From Candidatus Shapirobacteria bacterium (GTDB lineage Bacteria > Patescibacteriota > Microgenomatia > UBA12405 > UBA6130), in the NCBI GenBank assembly GCA_027007615.1, contig JALTFB010000031.1:314-64313 (forward strand): 64,000 nt of DNA, given 5' to 3'. A program made the position numbers and the translations under genes. Below the pieces are notes generated by a model. The model was not told the origin of the DNA. It made no database searches and saw only the letters and a list, made by a program, of their open reading frames with translations. Positions 28,302 through 40,994 of this stretch are shown one piece after another. Every line of letters starts with the position of its first letter. Positions within the stretch are counted from its first letter, which is position 1.

Positions 28302-30413
28302 TTAATCCTCGCCTTTTGTTTCTTTGCTAATAATTTCTTTCTGAATGTTGGAAGGAACCTCGGCATAATGGGATGGTTCGGCATAAAATGAACCGCGCCC
28401 TTGTGTCAAGCTCCTGATAATCGTAGCATAACCGCTAATATTCGCCAATGGCACCATGGCATTAATTATACGCATTTGCCCCCGACTTTCACTGCCTAAA
28501 ATCTGCGCCCGCCGCGAAGAAAGGTCGCCGATAACTTGGCCCATAAATTCTTCCGGCACACTTACCTCGAGCTTCATAATCGGCTCCAAAAGCACCGGCC
28601 GGGCTTGCTTAACCGCCTCTTGGAGAGCAATAGAGCCGGCAATTTTAAAAGCCATGTCCGAAGAATCAACTTCATGGTAAGAGCCGTCATAAACTACCAC
28701 TTCCACATCCGTAAGCGGGTAGCCCGCAATTACACCTTTTTCAGCTGCTTCCCTCACCCCTTTTTCAATAGAAGGAATAAAGTTTGCGGGAATAGCCGCC
28801 CCTTTAATTTTCGAGCTGAAACTGACACCGCTGTTTTGTTTTCCGGGAATAACACGCAACCAACAATGGCCATATTGTCCCCGACCGCCCGTCTGGCGGA
28901 TATATTTTCCTTCTGCTTCGGCTTCCGTTTTGATTGTTTCCCGATAAGCAACTTGCGGCTTTCCGGTATGCAGTTTAACGCCAAACTCGCGCTGCATGCG
29001 ATCCACTACAATTTCCAGATGCAATTCTCCCATCCCGGAAAGAATTGTTTGGCCTGTTTCCTGGTCGCTTTTCACTCTCAAGGTCGGATCTTCTTCTAAA
29101 AGCCGCCGTAAAGCCTGACTCATTTTTTCTTGATCGCTTTTGCTTTCCGGCTCAATCGCCAAAGAAATGACCGGATCGGCGAATTCTATTGACTCGAACG
29201 AAATTGGGTGGCGAGAATCGCAAAGAGTGTCTCCCGTCTTGGATTCTTTAAGTCCAATGACGGCCACTATTTCTCCCGCAAATGCCTCTTCAATCCCTTC
29301 GCGCTTATTGGCGTGCATCAATAACAAGCGGCCAATGCGCTCCGTTTTATCATTACTGCTATTCAAAACGGTGCCGCCGGTCCGCAAAACACCCGAATAG
29401 ATGCGCAAATAAGAAAGCTTGCCAACGTGAGGATCGGTTTGAACTTTAAAGAGCAAAGCTGATAAAGGCTCTTTATTGTTGGGATGCCGTTCTTCTTGCT
29501 GGCCCGTCTGGGGATTAATCCCTTTGGCCGGAGGGACATCGGCGGGCGAAGGCAGATATTCAACGACTCCGTCCAATAACGGCTGCACGCCTTTGTTGCG
29601 CAACGAAGAGCCGCAATAGATGGGAATTAACCGGCCGGCAATCGTAGCCCGGCGTAAACCCGCTTTCAAATCTTCCACGGGAATTTCTTTTCCTTCCAAA
29701 TACTGCTCCATCAAATCGTCGTTATAAGTGCAAATGTTCTCTATCAATTCTTGGCGGTATTTCTTTAATTCATTTTTCATATCATCGGGAATCGGGTGCT
29801 CGGAAAACTCCGCGCCGGAACCGTCTTTGTCCCAAAGGAGCAATTTCTGCTCTAAAACCAGAGCCACCCCGTGGAAATCGTGTTCAGCGCCGGCGGGAAT
29901 GGTTAAAACCGCCAGCTTTTTGCCGAATCTCTCTTTAATCATTTGCAAAGATCCGGCAAAATTAGCGCCCACTTTGTCCATTTTATTAAGGAAAACTAAA
30001 CGCGGAACGCCGTATTTGTCCGCCTGGTGCCAAACCGTTTCCGATTGGGCTTGAACACCTTCTTCAACATCAAAAACCATAATCGCTCCATCCAAGACAC
30101 GCAAGGCTCTTTCCACTTCGGCGGTAAAATCAACATGCCCCGGAGTATCAATGAGATTAATTCTTATCCCCTTCCAAAAAGCCGTTACCGCGGCGGAAAC
30201 TATAGTTATCCCTCTTTCCCGTTCCTGATCCATCCAATCAGTTACCGTATTGCCGGCATCGATATTGCCCATTTTATAGGTCCGACCGGTATAAAAAAGG
30301 ATTCTCTCGGTCGTCGTCGTTTTGCCGGCGTCAATATGGGCGATAATGCCGATATTGCGAACCTTTTCAATCGACACTAAACGATTCTTGGTGACTTCTA
30401 TTGCTTCTGCCAT
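28302..30413 (-). CDS. fusA: Elongation factor G
   Basis: [15 protein letters not shown].. G domain. Start trimmed to ATG 30413 ([12 protein letters not shown]..). Confidence 0.9.
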   Translation of the reverse strand: MAEAIEVTKNRLVSIEKVRNIGIIAHIDAGKTTTTERILFYTGRTYKMGNIDAGNTVTDWMDQERERGITIVSAAVTAFWKGIRINLIDTPGHVDFTAEVERALRVLDGAIMVFDVEEGVQAQSETVWHQADKYGVPRLVFLNKMDKVGANFAGSLQMIKERFGKKLAVLTIPAGAEHDFHGVALVLEQKLLLWDKDGSGAEFSEHPIPDDMKNELKKYRQELIENICTYNDDLMEQYLEGKEIPVEDLKAGLRRATIAGRLIPIYCGSSLRNKGVQPLLDGVVEYLPSPADVPPAKGINPQTGQQEERHPNNKEPLSALLFKVQTDPHVGKLSYLRIYSGVLRTGGTVLNSSNDKTERIGRLLLMHANKREGIEEAFAGEIVAVIGLKESKTGDTLCDSRHPISFESIEFADPVISLAIEPESKSDQEKMSQALRRLLEEDPTLRVKSDQETGQTILSGMGELHLEIVVDRMQREFGVKLHTGKPQVAYRETIKTEAEAEGKYIRQTGGRGQYGHCWLRVIPGKQNSGVSFSSKIKGAAIPANFIPSIEKGVREAAEKGVIAGYPLTDVEVVVYDGSYHEVDSSDMAFKIAGSIALQEAVKQARPVLLEPIMKLEVSVPEEFMGQVIGDLSSRRAQILGSESRGQMRIINAMVPLANISGYATIIRSLTQGRGSFYAEPSHYAEVPSNIQKEIISKETKGED

Positions 30414-30619
30414 TAAAAAAATGCCGCCCAATATACAGGCTGGCGACTCTAATATACCATAAATTAATAAAGGTTTAAAGAAAACCAACTGGCTAGTTAG
30501 TCAATTACAAGCTATAGGTTTTTACCACTCACCCATGGGAGCTATAAATTCCCAATCTGCCTCCACTGCTTTTTAGCGATTTGCCTCAATAATTTATTTT
30601 ACCTTTGGTTCATCGCTTA

Positions 30620-30868
30620 AAGTTTAATAATGCATTGGTCGCCAACAAATAATTTCATAGCTTTGGTTGAAGGCTGGCGGCCCTTTATCAAGCTTTCCCG
30701 GCCCACTAAAGAAGAATCGAAAGGCTTCGGCGAGTTAATTGCTTGCGCTCCTTCCATTAAGATGGAATTTTCAATTTTGGCGCCGGAAATGAGGCAATCA
30801 TCGGCAATGGAAGAATAAGGGTTTCTGTCAAACTTAGAGATTGCCCAGGTAAGCAGTTTGACAACTAT
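30620..30868 (-). pseudogene. Remnant of the left-handed beta-helix (hexapeptide) C-terminal domain of an NDP-sugar pyrophosphorylase-type gene; no start codon
   Basis: Minus-strand open frame between two stops translates ..NPYSSIADDCLISGAKIENSILMEGAQAINSPKPF.., typical hexapeptide repeats. No ATG/GTG at the 5' end. AT-rich surroundings. Confidence 0.3.
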
Positions 30869-30928
30869 TTAGCAATTTTGTTATTATATAAACATCATTA
30901 GGGAGAATACGAACCATGGACTATGTGT

Positions 30929-31482
30929 CTATGTGCGACGCCTCCCCTTCTTATTTAGTCTTAATTCCAATTTATCTCTCTCAAAAATAATAAAAGTTTT
31001 GTGTTTTTGAAACCTCCTTAGCAAAGATGACTCGGATTTGGAATTGGGAATAATAATGCGCAATAACTTACCTTTTCTTTTCAAAAATTCGTGCAAACAA
31101 AAAAATCCCCATCGCCCGAAACGACAACTGCTTTGTCATAATTTGCAAATTCTATCGCCGCTGAATACAAAACTAACTCCGCGTCAACATTACCCTTTGG
31201 TTTACCATAATTGTCTTTTACCGTTGGTTTAAATATTAGTTTATATCCATAAGACTTTAGACTTTTATACATCTCCTCATATTTTCTAATATAGCCAATA
31301 AACAAATAGGCTTTCTTGACTTTGAATTTGTCAGTCAAGTATGTTCTAAACTTTTTGTAATCTAGCTTCCACCCTCTATAGGTTAATTTTTTATTCTTGT
31401 AAATGTTTTTGCTTGTCCCTAGATTTAGATTTTGGCTATCTATAAACGCATAAACAACAGGGTATTTTTTTCTTTAACTCAT
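30929..31482 (-). pseudogene. NYN/LabA-like (PIN-fold) domain gene disrupted by an in-frame TAA at codon 3 and a frameshift in an A7/T7 homopolymer
   Basis: Minus strand reads ATG AGT TAA (31482..31474) then an open frame (*RKK)YPVVYAFIDSQNLNLG..KGNVDAELVLYSAAIEFANYDKAVVVSGDGDFF, the NYN motifs. The frame breaks at the T7 run (plus 31099..31105). The -1 frame continues FLKRKGKLLRIIIPNS.. to a TAG at 30931..30929. Confidence 0.45.
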
Positions 31483-31604
31483 TTTCCAATAAAATATTTA
31501 AAACAACTTTATCTCTTCGCTAAAACTAAAATTTGTTTGCGCGACGATTCATTCAAAATAAAGCACTCTTGCTGGCATAAAAGATCAGCAGCTCAGGCAA
31601 ACAT

Positions 31605-32084
31605 TTACCACCGTAAATGGGCAAAGGCGCGGTTAGCTTCAGCCAGTTTTTCTATTTCCTGCCGCTTGGCCACCGCCTTGCCTTCATTTTTAGCAGCTTC
31701 CATAATCTCGGCCGCTAATTTTTCGCCAAAAGTATGGTAGCTGGAATTGGGACGTTTTCTGGCCTCATCAACCAACCAGCGTAAAGCCAACGATCGCCGG
31801 CGGCGCTCATTGACCGGCACCGGCACTTGATAAGCTGCCCCACCTACACGCCGGGCACGCACTTCAATTTCCGGAATGATATTGGCCAAAGCCTGCTGAA
31901 AAACCTCAACCGCATCTTTCTTGGTTTTCTTAGCCACCAAGGCAAAAGCCCGATAAACTTGTTTGCGGGCAACTGTCTTCTTACCGCTGTACATTACCTT
32001 ATTGATAAGCCGGCTAACCATCACCTGATGATAAACCGGATCCGGAGTAATTAAGCGCGGTTGAAACCTTTGTTTCCTAGCCAT
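31605..32084 (-). CDS. rpsG: 30S ribosomal protein S7
   Basis: Start trimmed to ATG 32084 ([20 protein letters not shown]..). The track ORF extends upstream into rpsL. Confidence 0.9.
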   Translation of the reverse strand: MARKQRFQPRLITPDPVYHQVMVSRLINKVMYSGKKTVARKQVYRAFALVAKKTKKDAVEVFQQALANIIPEIEVRARRVGGAAYQVPVPVNERRRRSLALRWLVDEARKRPNSSYHTFGEKLAAEIMEAAKNEGKAVAKRQEIEKLAEANRAFAHLRW

Positions 32085-32532
32085 TATTTGCCGGCGCCGG
32101 CGGCGCCGCCTCCTTCTTTGCTTGGCCGCCGCGTTTGGCGCCATATTTGCTTCGCGATTGGCGCCGATCCGATACTCCGGCGGCATCAAGCTCGCCCCGA
32201 ATAACATGATATCTAACCCCCGGCAAATCACGTACCCGGCCGCCGCGGACCAAAACAATTGCATGTTCAACGATATTATGGCCAATTCCGGGGATGTAAA
32301 CGGTAATCTCCCGCTTATTGGAAAGCCTTACTTTAGCAATTTTGCGCAGGGCCGAATGGGGCTTTTTGGGAGTCATTGTCCTCACCAAAGTAACCACCCC
32401 TCGCTTCTGCGGCGATAAAATTGGCGTCAAACGACCGCGAATGGGATTTAAAATCCCCCGCAAAGCCGGCACCTTTGACTTGCGCCGTTGTCGTTTACGT
32501 GGTTTCCGAACTAATTGGCTAAAAGTAGGCAT
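32077..32532 (-). CDS. rpsL: 30S ribosomal protein S12 with basic N- and C-terminal extensions
   Basis: [44 protein letters not shown]. Confidence 0.9.
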   Translation of the reverse strand: MPTFSQLVRKPRKRQRRKSKVPALRGILNPIRGRLTPILSPQKRGVVTLVRTMTPKKPHSALRKIAKVRLSNKREITVYIPGIGHNIVEHAIVLVRGGRVRDLPGVRYHVIRGELDAAGVSDRRQSRSKYGAKRGGQAKKEAAPPAPANNG

Positions 32533-32533
32533 C

Positions 32534-35500
32534 TTATTTTTCTTTATTCCAATTTAACCGCGCCCTTTTGGGGTCGGTAGGAATCAATCGCCCTATAATA
32601 ACATTTTCCTTCAAGCCTATTAACTTGTCTTCACGGCCCAAAATAGCCGCTTCCGTCAAAACATTGGTGGTTTCCTGGAACGAAGCTGCTGAAAGCCAAG
32701 AACTTGTATGCAAAGACGTTTGAGTAATGCCCAACATAACTTTCTTGCCTTTTGCTAATTTGCCGCCCGTTTTTTCTACTTGTTTATTTTCCTCTAAAAA
32801 TGTTATTCCGTCTACATAAGAGCCTATCAAAAAAGAAGTATCTCCAGGCTCTGTAATCCTCACTCGGCTGCTCATCTCATGGATAATAACTTCGAAATGC
32901 TTATCATGAATAGAAATCCCCTGGGTTTCATATACCTTCTGAACCTCATTTAAGAAGAACCTACGAGCCATGTCAATGCCTTTCAATAACGCTAATCTCT
33001 TAATATCTATCGAACCTGCCGTTAACTGGTCGCCGGCTGCCACTTGCCGCCCTTTTTTAACCAATAGCGGCGTGGATAGCGGCAAGCGGTGGCTAACTTC
33101 CTTACCCTTGCTTCCCTTGATAACCAATTCTAAATGGTCTTTTGCTTTTCTGATGTCTATTTTTCCATCGGTATCGGCCAAAATCGCCGCCGCTTTGGGG
33201 GCCCGCATTTCAAAAAGCTCTTGAACTCGCGGCAAACCTTGAGTCACATCTAAACCGATAACGCCCCCCGAATGTTTCGTGCGCAATGTCAACTGTGTGC
33301 CCGGCTCGCCAATCGATTGGGCGGCAATCACCCCCACTGGCATGCCTACTTTAACCAACTTATGCTTGCTTAAATCGGCCCCGTAACACTTGGAGCAAAC
33401 GCCAGCCTCGGTTTCACATGTCAATGGCGAACGCACAACCACTTCTTTAATTCCGGCTTTTTTTATCTTTTTCAATTCCTCATCGCCAATAAGAGTTCCC
33501 CTTTTTAAAATAATCTTGCCTTTTTTATCCTTTACCGCAGCCGCCAATACTCTATCGCTAATCCGAAGGTAAAATTTGCTCTCTCGATTTCCTTCCCGGC
33601 GAATAGTAATGCCGTGATTGGTGCCGCAATCTTCCTCGCGCACCAAACAAGTGTGGGCGACATCGATAAGTTTACGGGTCAAATAACCGGCGTCGGCAGT
33701 TTTTAAAGCCGTATCCGTTAAGCCTTTGCGCGATCCCCGGGCGCCGGTAACATATTCAAAAGTGGAAAGGCCGTCGCGGAAACTTGATTTCGTTGGCAGA
33801 GGAACAATATGGCCCAAAGGATCAACCACCAATCCGCGCATTCCCGAAACCTGTTTGATTTGATCTTGAGAAACACGTTTCGCCCCGGCGCCGCTAATAA
33901 GTTTAATCGGCGAATCAGGGCTTAATCTCTGCCAAGTCTTGGCGGCAATATCATCGGTTGTCTCCAGCCAAATATCACGGGAAAGCCGTTCCTTCTCTTC
34001 AGCTGTTAGCAAACCCTCTTGATAGGTTTCCTCCAATTCATGAACTCGCCGATCGGCGGCGGCAATAATCTCTCTTTTGCCCGGCAAATCTCCAAGGTCG
34101 AAAACTCCTAAGGAAATACCTGATATCGTCATGCCCCAAAAACCAAAATCTTTAATGGCATCAACTAAACGCACATATTCGCGCCTGGCTGAAGTGCTGA
34201 AAACATGCGCCAAAATAGATTTAATTCGCTTACTGTTCATTGCCTGGTTTAGAAAGCCAATCCCCGACGGCAAAAGTTGGTTAAACATCAGCCTGCCCAC
34301 GGTAGTAAGCTGGCGTTTGCCATCAAGCTTGACAATTATCAATTGCCGCAAGCCTATCTTGCCCAAATCATAAGCTGTTTCCGCTTCCGATAGCGACATG
34401 AAATAAGACACCTCCGGCCATTCGCCCTTGTCCTGATAGGCTTGCCAAAGAGTTGAATCTTCCTGCCGGACAGAAGTGGCATAGTAACAGCCCACCACCA
34501 TTTCTTTGCTGGGCACATTTACCGGAGCTCCGTCTGATGGCTTAAGCAGGTTGCGGGAAGAAAGAATTAGCCGCCGCGCTTCCCGCTGGGCCTCTTTAGA
34601 CAGAGGTAGAAACACTCCCATTTGGTCGCCGTCAAAATCAGCGTTGAAACCGGAGCAGACCAAAGGATGGAGATGGATTGCTAAGCTGTCAATAAGTATC
34701 GGCTTAAAAGCCTGGATGGAAAGCTTATGCAAAGTCGGCGCCCTATTCAGAAGAATTAGCCGGTTACGGACCACCTCTTCCAAGATATCGTAAACCTCGG
34801 CAATGCGGTGGTCCAGCAAAGTTTTAGCGCTGCGAATATTGGGTGCCAAACCCCTCAATATCAATTCCCGGAGAATAAAGGGGCGAAAAATTTCCAAAGC
34901 TATTTCTTTGGGCAAACCGCATTGGCTTAAACGAAGTTCCGGACCAACCACAATAACGCTTCTCCCCGAATAGTCAACCCGCTTACCCAGCAAATTTTTG
35001 CGGAAACGGCCCTTTTTGCCCCGCAACAGATCGGAAAGCGACCGCGGCGGAGTACGGCGGCGCATCAGCCGGCCCTTACTCTTGGTAGCATCGATAAGCA
35101 TATCGACACTTTCTTGCAACATCCGCTTTTCATTGCGCAAAATAATCTCCGGAGCTCCCACGGCTATCAGTTTCTTAAGGCGGTTATTGCGGTTAATCAC
35201 CCGCCGGTAGAGATCATTCAAATCCGAGGTGGCGAAACGGCCGCCGGTGAGCTGGACCATCGGCCGCAAGTCGGGGGGGATTACCGGCAGCACTCTCAAT
35301 ATCATCCAAACCGGGTTGATATTTGCTTTTAGCATGCCGTTGATTACCCTAATCCTCTGCATAATCTTATTTTTCTTAGCCAAACTGGCCGTCTTAATTA
35401 TCTCTTGGCGCAATATTTTCAAAGTTTTCTTTAAATCAACAGCGGCTAAAGCATCCAAAATTGCCTCCGCCCCCATCCTAACCGTGAAAAAGTCAGCGGC

Positions 35501-36283
35501 CCCAAAACGCGCCAGATGGTAATGTTCTTCTTCTGAAAGGGTAGCAAAAAGCGCTAATGTCCGAATGCGAACCGCTAGGGCTCCTTCAAGATTTTTCAGG
35601 TGATCTTTTTCCAAAAGGAATCTTTCTTTTTCGCGCTGAATTTTCTGGTTAAAATTAACCGTCAATTCTATTTGGGCTAACTTGCGTTGGTCTTTATTTT
35701 TAATTTTCGTTTCCAGCTGCTTCTTTTCGGCTTGCAGGCGTTGCCGCAAAGACATAATTTCTCGGCGGCTCACTTCACGCTGGCGAGCAATTTCAGCCTT
35801 TACTCCCTCTTTGAAATTATCCAATGCTTTCTGCCGTTTTCCCTCATCAAGACTTGTTACCAGATAGCGGGCAAAATAAACAACTGCCTCTATTTCCTTT
35901 TGGGAAATCCGCAACAGCAAAGAAATTGGCGAAGGATAATTTTTCAAAAACCAAAGATGAACCACCGGGACCGCTAATGAGATATGTCCCATCCGTTCGC
36001 GGCGGACTCGCGAGTGAGTAACCTCCACACCGCATTTATCGCAAATTACCCCTTTAAAGCGAATCCCTTTGTATTTGCCGCAATAACATTCGTAATCTTT
36101 TGTCGGGCCAAAAATGCGCTCGCAAAACAAGCCGTCTTTTTCCGGACGCCAAGTACGGTAATTAATTGTTTCCGGCTTGGTGACTTCCCCGTAAGACCAT
36201 TGTAAAATTTCTTCCGGCGAGGCCAACCGAATGCGCAATCCCTTAAAATCCACAATGCCTTTATCGAAAAAATCTTTTTTCAT
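32534..36283 (-). CDS. rpoC: DNA-directed RNA polymerase subunit beta'
   Basis: 1249 aa. NADFDGDQM catalytic motif. Zn-finger [23 protein letters not shown]. Confidence 0.95.
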   Translation of the reverse strand: MKKDFFDKGIVDFKGLRIRLASPEEILQWSYGEVTKPETINYRTWRPEKDGLFCERIFGPTKDYECYCGKYKGIRFKGVICDKCGVEVTHSRVRRERMGHISLAVPVVHLWFLKNYPSPISLLLRISQKEIEAVVYFARYLVTSLDEGKRQKALDNFKEGVKAEIARQREVSRREIMSLRQRLQAEKKQLETKIKNKDQRKLAQIELTVNFNQKIQREKERFLLEKDHLKNLEGALAVRIRTLALFATLSEEEHYHLARFGAADFFTVRMGAEAILDALAAVDLKKTLKILRQEIIKTASLAKKNKIMQRIRVINGMLKANINPVWMILRVLPVIPPDLRPMVQLTGGRFATSDLNDLYRRVINRNNRLKKLIAVGAPEIILRNEKRMLQESVDMLIDATKSKGRLMRRRTPPRSLSDLLRGKKGRFRKNLLGKRVDYSGRSVIVVGPELRLSQCGLPKEIALEIFRPFILRELILRGLAPNIRSAKTLLDHRIAEVYDILEEVVRNRLILLNRAPTLHKLSIQAFKPILIDSLAIHLHPLVCSGFNADFDGDQMGVFLPLSKEAQREARRLILSSRNLLKPSDGAPVNVPSKEMVVGCYYATSVRQEDSTLWQAYQDKGEWPEVSYFMSLSEAETAYDLGKIGLRQLIIVKLDGKRQLTTVGRLMFNQLLPSGIGFLNQAMNSKRIKSILAHVFSTSARREYVRLVDAIKDFGFWGMTISGISLGVFDLGDLPGKREIIAAADRRVHELEETYQEGLLTAEEKERLSRDIWLETTDDIAAKTWQRLSPDSPIKLISGAGAKRVSQDQIKQVSGMRGLVVDPLGHIVPLPTKSSFRDGLSTFEYVTGARGSRKGLTDTALKTADAGYLTRKLIDVAHTCLVREEDCGTNHGITIRREGNRESKFYLRISDRVLAAAVKDKKGKIILKRGTLIGDEELKKIKKAGIKEVVVRSPLTCETEAGVCSKCYGADLSKHKLVKVGMPVGVIAAQSIGEPGTQLTLRTKHSGGVIGLDVTQGLPRVQELFEMRAPKAAAILADTDGKIDIRKAKDHLELVIKGSKGKEVSHRLPLSTPLLVKKGRQVAAGDQLTAGSIDIKRLALLKGIDMARRFFLNEVQKVYETQGISIHDKHFEVIIHEMSSRVRITEPGDTSFLIGSYVDGITFLEENKQVEKTGGKLAKGKKVMLGITQTSLHTSSWLSAASFQETTNVLTEAAILGREDKLIGLKENVIIGRLIPTDPKRARLNWNKEK

Positions 36284-39200
36284 TCTCTTGCCTCCCTAAT
36301 GGTTGGCTCCGGCTGGTGGCGAACCACTCCCACCGGTGAAACTTCTAACGAGAGACCGGCCAACTCGCGCACCAAAACGCGGAATGATTCCGGTAGGGCG
36401 GGATGGGGCGTATCCTGGCCTTTAATAATGGCCCTAAAAGCCTGAGTGCGGCCGATGGTGTCGTCTGACTTGATGGTTAGCATTTCCTGGAGAGTATAAG
36501 CCGCCCGGTGGGCCTCTAAAGCCCAAACTTCCATCTCGCCAAAACGCTGACCGCCCATGCGGGCTTTGCCGCCCAGAGGCTGCTGGGTAACTAAAGAATA
36601 AGGGCCGGTAGACCGGGCATGAATTTTGTCTTCGACCATATGGTGAAGCTTATTAATATAACCGACGCCAACCATAACCTTTTGTTCCAAAGGCGTGCCG
36701 GTTTTACCATCAAAAAGGACCATCTTCCCGTCAGCCGGAAAACCGGCCTTGGAAAGCAAATCTCGAATCACCGATTCTGGCAATTTATTAAAGCTCGCCA
36801 CCGCATATTTCTGGTTTAATTTTTGGGCCGCCATCCCTAAATGGGCTTCCAACAGTTGGCCTAAATTCATCCGGGCGATAACTGAAAGCGGAGAAATAAG
36901 AATGTCTACCGGCGTGCCGTCTTCCAAATAAGGCATGTCTTGAACCGGCATTACCTTGGCAACAACCCCCTTATTGCCATGGCGGCCGGCAACTTTATCT
37001 CCTTCTTGGATCTTACGCAATTGGGCTACCGCCACTCGAACGACTTTGTTAACACCTATTTCAAGCTCATCATTTTTATCCCTATCTAAAATTTTAACCC
37101 CAATGACTACTCCGCTTTCACCGTTCGGCACTCGCAGGCTTGTATCCCTAACCTCTTTGGCTTTTTCACCAAAAATCGCTCGCAGCAGCCTCTCCTCAGC
37201 CGTTAATTCTTTTTGCCCTTTAGGTTCGACCTTGCCCACTAAAATATCATTGGGCCCCACTTCCGCCCCAATCATAACAATGCCGTCTCCGGTTAGGCGC
37301 GCCAGATCCGCTTCGCTTACCCCAGGAATATCGCGAGTCAATTCTTCCGGCCCTAATTTCGTATCCACAACTTTGGCTTCGTATTCATTTATCTCAATCG
37401 ACGTTAGAACATCGTCTTTAACCAGGCTGTCGGCAATTACAATCGCATCTTCGTAACCCAAACCGTCAATGCATGCATAGGCAACCACCAAATTCCTACC
37501 TAAAGCCAGTTCGCCATTTTCCGTTGCCGGGCCGTCAGCCAACAGCTGCCCCTTCTTTACGCTCTGGCCGACTTGGACCACCGGCCGTTGCGAGTAGCAA
37601 GTACCATTGGGGCTGGTCCTTTGGTGGCGGAAAAGTTGGTAAATATGCGCGCCATTTTCAATTTTAAAACTGTCGCTTTCCGGTAAAGCCACTCTTTTTG
37701 ATGGCTTAACAATAATTTTCTCGGCGTCAACATAGGTCACCTTGCCGGCGGCGCGGGCCACGCCAATCCGTTGCATTGCCCGAGGAACAATCGATTCCAC
37801 CCCCGTGCCCACCAATGGCGCTTCCGGACTGACCAGGGGCACCGCTTGACACTGCATATTCGACCCCATCAAAGCCCTGTTGGTTTCATCATGAGCGATA
37901 AAAGGAATTAGCGCGGCGGAAAGGCCTAAAATTTGCTGGCTGCAATAATCTATGAGTTGTACTTTATTAGATTTGGCTTCGAAAAAGCGCCCCTGGTGGC
38001 GGACTGGGACTATCTCGTCGCGGATAAAACCATCCTTGTCCATCTTGACTCCTGATAAGGTAATGTAATAATCCATTTCGTCATCCGCCTGGAGATAAAC
38101 CATTTCTTTGGTAACCTTCGCCAAAGTTTTGCCGCCTCTCTTAACCGATTTAACCCGCCAATAAGGCGTTTCCAGAAAACCATATTTATTGACCCTGACA
38201 AACAAGGCCAGATAAGTGACCAGGCCAATGTTCATTCCCTCCGGGGAGCGCACCGGGCAAATGCGGCCATATTGGGAGCTGTGAATATCACGGATTGAAA
38301 AGGTCGCCCGTTCCCGAGTAATGCCCTCCGGCCCGGTTACCGTCACCTTGCGCAAAAGATCCAATTCTGAAAGCGGGCTTGTTTGGTCCAGAATTGAAGA
38401 TAGTTGGTTTGTCTTAAAAAACGTATTAACAGTGTTAATCAGCGGCTGGCCGTTAACTATTTGCGAAGCCCTCACTTTTTCTTTAACACTTACCAAGCTC
38501 ATCCGCTCGCGGATAACCCGTTCAAAGCGCAACATAGCCCGGCGCAAAATTGATTGTGTTAAAATCTCGCTGACTCGGCGTAAGCGGCGATTAGCCAAAT
38601 GGTCAATATCATCCAATTTCGTTTCTTTACCAGTTGTTAACCCCAATAAATAATGAACCGTGGCTTCAATATCGGCTGGTTGTAAAACCCAATACTGGGA
38701 ATTCTCTTCATCAAATTTTAAGCCCAAGCGCTTATTGATTTTATGGCGGCCCACCATTCCCAAGCTGTATGTATGAGTATCAAAAAACATATTTTTCAAA
38801 AGGCCGCGGGCATTTTCGGCAACCAAAGGCTCACCGGGCCGTAAGCGGCGGTAGAATTCAAGCAAAGCTTCTGTTTGTGTGCGGCTGGGGTCTAGCTCTA
38901 ACGTCGGCCTTATTCCCTTGCCAAAGATTTTCTCTAATTTTTTATCATCGCCCAAGCCGATCGCTTTCAGAAGAATTGTGGCAGGAAATTTTCGCCGCCT
39001 GTCAATACGGACATGGGTTACCCCTTTGCTGCCAATTAAAAATTCCAGCCACGACCCATGCAAGGGACGTAATTCGGCGCGGAAAAGCTCTTGGCGCGAT
39101 GTCGGGTCAGTTTCGGAAACAAAATAAACTCCCGGCGATCTCACCAGCTGGTTGTTCACCGTCCGCTCCACCCCGGCAATAATAAACGTGCCGGTATCTG

Positions 39201-39540
39201 TCATCCAGGGAAAATCAGCCAGAAAAACCGTTTCTTTCGTTTCCTTTCCGGTGCGCTTATTAAGCAAACGGACTTTAGCCCGCAACGCCGCCGAATAAGT
39301 CAAACCTTTTTCACGGGCTTGCTGAGGCGTTAACCGCGGAGAATCGAAAAAAATATTCTCAAAAACAAGCGTCCAGTTTTTACCGGTATAATCATTTATC
39401 GGATTTATGTTTTGGAAAATAGTGGCCACTTGATAATCGGCAAAATCGCGCCATGAAGATAACTGAAGGTTAATTAAATCTTCAGGTCGCGGCAAAATTG
39501 GTTTTGTTCCCAGAAAAATTCGTTTCGACTGGCCCGCCAT
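36280..39540 (-). CDS. rpoB: DNA-directed RNA polymerase subunit beta
   Basis: 1086 aa. Conserved regions incl. ..[32 protein letters not shown].. Confidence 0.95.
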   Translation of the reverse strand: MAGQSKRIFLGTKPILPRPEDLINLQLSSWRDFADYQVATIFQNINPINDYTGKNWTLVFENIFFDSPRLTPQQAREKGLTYSAALRAKVRLLNKRTGKETKETVFLADFPWMTDTGTFIIAGVERTVNNQLVRSPGVYFVSETDPTSRQELFRAELRPLHGSWLEFLIGSKGVTHVRIDRRRKFPATILLKAIGLGDDKKLEKIFGKGIRPTLELDPSRTQTEALLEFYRRLRPGEPLVAENARGLLKNMFFDTHTYSLGMVGRHKINKRLGLKFDEENSQYWVLQPADIEATVHYLLGLTTGKETKLDDIDHLANRRLRRVSEILTQSILRRAMLRFERVIRERMSLVSVKEKVRASQIVNGQPLINTVNTFFKTNQLSSILDQTSPLSELDLLRKVTVTGPEGITRERATFSIRDIHSSQYGRICPVRSPEGMNIGLVTYLALFVRVNKYGFLETPYWRVKSVKRGGKTLAKVTKEMVYLQADDEMDYYITLSGVKMDKDGFIRDEIVPVRHQGRFFEAKSNKVQLIDYCSQQILGLSAALIPFIAHDETNRALMGSNMQCQAVPLVSPEAPLVGTGVESIVPRAMQRIGVARAAGKVTYVDAEKIIVKPSKRVALPESDSFKIENGAHIYQLFRHQRTSPNGTCYSQRPVVQVGQSVKKGQLLADGPATENGELALGRNLVVAYACIDGLGYEDAIVIADSLVKDDVLTSIEINEYEAKVVDTKLGPEELTRDIPGVSEADLARLTGDGIVMIGAEVGPNDILVGKVEPKGQKELTAEERLLRAIFGEKAKEVRDTSLRVPNGESGVVIGVKILDRDKNDELEIGVNKVVRVAVAQLRKIQEGDKVAGRHGNKGVVAKVMPVQDMPYLEDGTPVDILISPLSVIARMNLGQLLEAHLGMAAQKLNQKYAVASFNKLPESVIRDLLSKAGFPADGKMVLFDGKTGTPLEQKVMVGVGYINKLHHMVEDKIHARSTGPYSLVTQQPLGGKARMGGQRFGEMEVWALEAHRAAYTLQEMLTIKSDDTIGRTQAFRAIIKGQDTPHPALPESFRVLVRELAGLSLEVSPVGVVRHQPEPTIREARE

Positions 39541-39590
39541 TATTTTTGGAGAGTAAGTTTCTTCAGCAACTTTTTCCTAAAATTTTAAAC

Positions 39591-39616
39591 ACAAAAAGAG
39601 GGCGACCTACCGCCCT
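39591..39616 (-). terminator. Intrinsic terminator after cax, upstream of rpoB
   Basis: On minus: AGGGCG-GTAGGT-CGCCCT hairpin followed by CTTTTTGTGTTT. Confidence 0.45.
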
Positions 39617-39830
39617 GCTAGGTTCGCAACCTCCGAGTTTAAGCCGATTATAACTCGCCCTAACATACTTGTCAAATTTACGCCCTGGTTCATGACATCA
39701 TGGGCACTTCTTTCTCTCCAGCTCAACAATAATTCTCATCCCATCACTCCTTTTTTCTGATATCCACTATTTATCTTGGATGTGACACCTCCAAAAGATA
39801 TATTAGCTTGCAGAAAAAACTACAAGCAGA

Positions 39831-40895
39831 TTAGGGATGGAGGAAAAAGGCAACAGCCATAATGCCGTAGGCGATGAGAAGTTGGAGCCCTTCAAACCAA
39901 TGCGCCTCGCCATCCTCAACGATAAGGTTGGTAACCAAAACAGCCAAGGTGATAGTCACCAATTCAAACGGCCGGAAAACCAGCCCCAGTTGTTTCTCAA
40001 ATAGGAAGCTGGCAAGAACCAAAACCGGCGCCACCAGCATGGCGATTTGCGTCGCCGAACCAAGAGTAATCTGGAGCGCCAAGTCCATTTTGTTCTTTAT
40101 GGCCATTGTAATGGCGGTAGTGTGTTCGGCCGCATTGCCGATAATAGCAATGAAAATAACCCCGATGAAAAGCTCTGTCCAGCCTAGACTGTGAACTACC
40201 GGCTCAATTGTCGTCACCAAAATTTCGCTTAGAAAAGAAACCCCCACTGTGCTTGCCAACAAAATAAAAGCGCTCACTTGCCAGTTCCAACTGGGAGACT
40301 CTTCTTTTCCCGCCTCCCCATAAAGGTGCTTGTGGGTCCAAAGCATGAAAAAAAGATTGCCCAAATAAGCAACCAGGATGAGAATTGCCACGGCGACGCT
40401 TAGCTCCTCGGTAACCCAACGGTCTATGCCCGGGGCGGTCGAATAAAAAAAAGCCGGTACCGCCAAGGAAACGACGGCCAATAACAATGTCGACGCTGAG
40501 GCTAAGGCCGCTGTCTTGTTAAATTGCAACTTTTTATATTTCCAACCAGCCAGGAAAATGGCACTGCCGGTTACCAAAAGCAAGTTGCCCAAAATTGAAC
40601 CGGTGATTGAGGCTTTCACCACCTCCGTCAACCCATGCCGCAAGGCTAAGATGCCAATAATCAGCTCGGTGGCATTGCCAAAAGTAACATTAAGAATTCC
40701 CCCCAAAGCCGGACCGAGGTAGGTAGCCAGCGATTCCGTCGCCTGGCCGATATACTTGGAGAGTGGGATAATAGCCAGCGACGCCAAAAACATCAACCAG
40801 ATTGACGGGCAATGAAACAGCCATCCCAAAATGGCCAAGGGGATAAAACCCAGCATTCCCAAAAAAATCTTTTCTATTGATAGTCTTCTTCTCAT
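39831..40895 (-). CDS. cax: Ca2+/H+ antiporter (CaCA family, ChaA/CAX-like)
   Basis: Polytopic membrane protein with two alpha-repeats: GNATELIIGILAL and GNAAEHTTAITMA. Confidence 0.75.
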   Translation of the reverse strand: MRRRLSIEKIFLGMLGFIPLAILGWLFHCPSIWLMFLASLAIIPLSKYIGQATESLATYLGPALGGILNVTFGNATELIIGILALRHGLTEVVKASITGSILGNLLLVTGSAIFLAGWKYKKLQFNKTAALASASTLLLAVVSLAVPAFFYSTAPGIDRWVTEELSVAVAILILVAYLGNLFFMLWTHKHLYGEAGKEESPSWNWQVSAFILLASTVGVSFLSEILVTTIEPVVHSLGWTELFIGVIFIAIIGNAAEHTTAITMAIKNKMDLALQITLGSATQIAMLVAPVLVLASFLFEKQLGLVFRPFELVTITLAVLVTNLIVEDGEAHWFEGLQLLIAYGIMAVAFFLHP

Positions 40896-40994
40896 TTTGC
40901 CTTTACGTATCTTTTAATGCTACCACATTTGCGGGAGAAAGCTCATAATTCTCCAAGATTGCTCCGCATTCGAATATTTGACATTTTGTTTAAA

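Noticed and set aside
28536-29099. 187 aa plus-strand ORF
   Set aside because: It is antisense to fusA and has no features.
30489-31604. Insertion sequence or transposon in the rpsG-fusA spacer
   Set aside because: No transposase or integrase ORF and no terminal inverted repeats were found. The region holds only decayed fragments of non-mobile genes.
36956-37456. 166 aa plus-strand ORF inside rpoB; the same reasoning applies to 34077..34793, 35229..35522 and others inside rpoC
   Set aside because: They are antisense to highly conserved RNAP genes. Their S/T/P/A-rich low-complexity composition is typical of reverse-frame artefacts.
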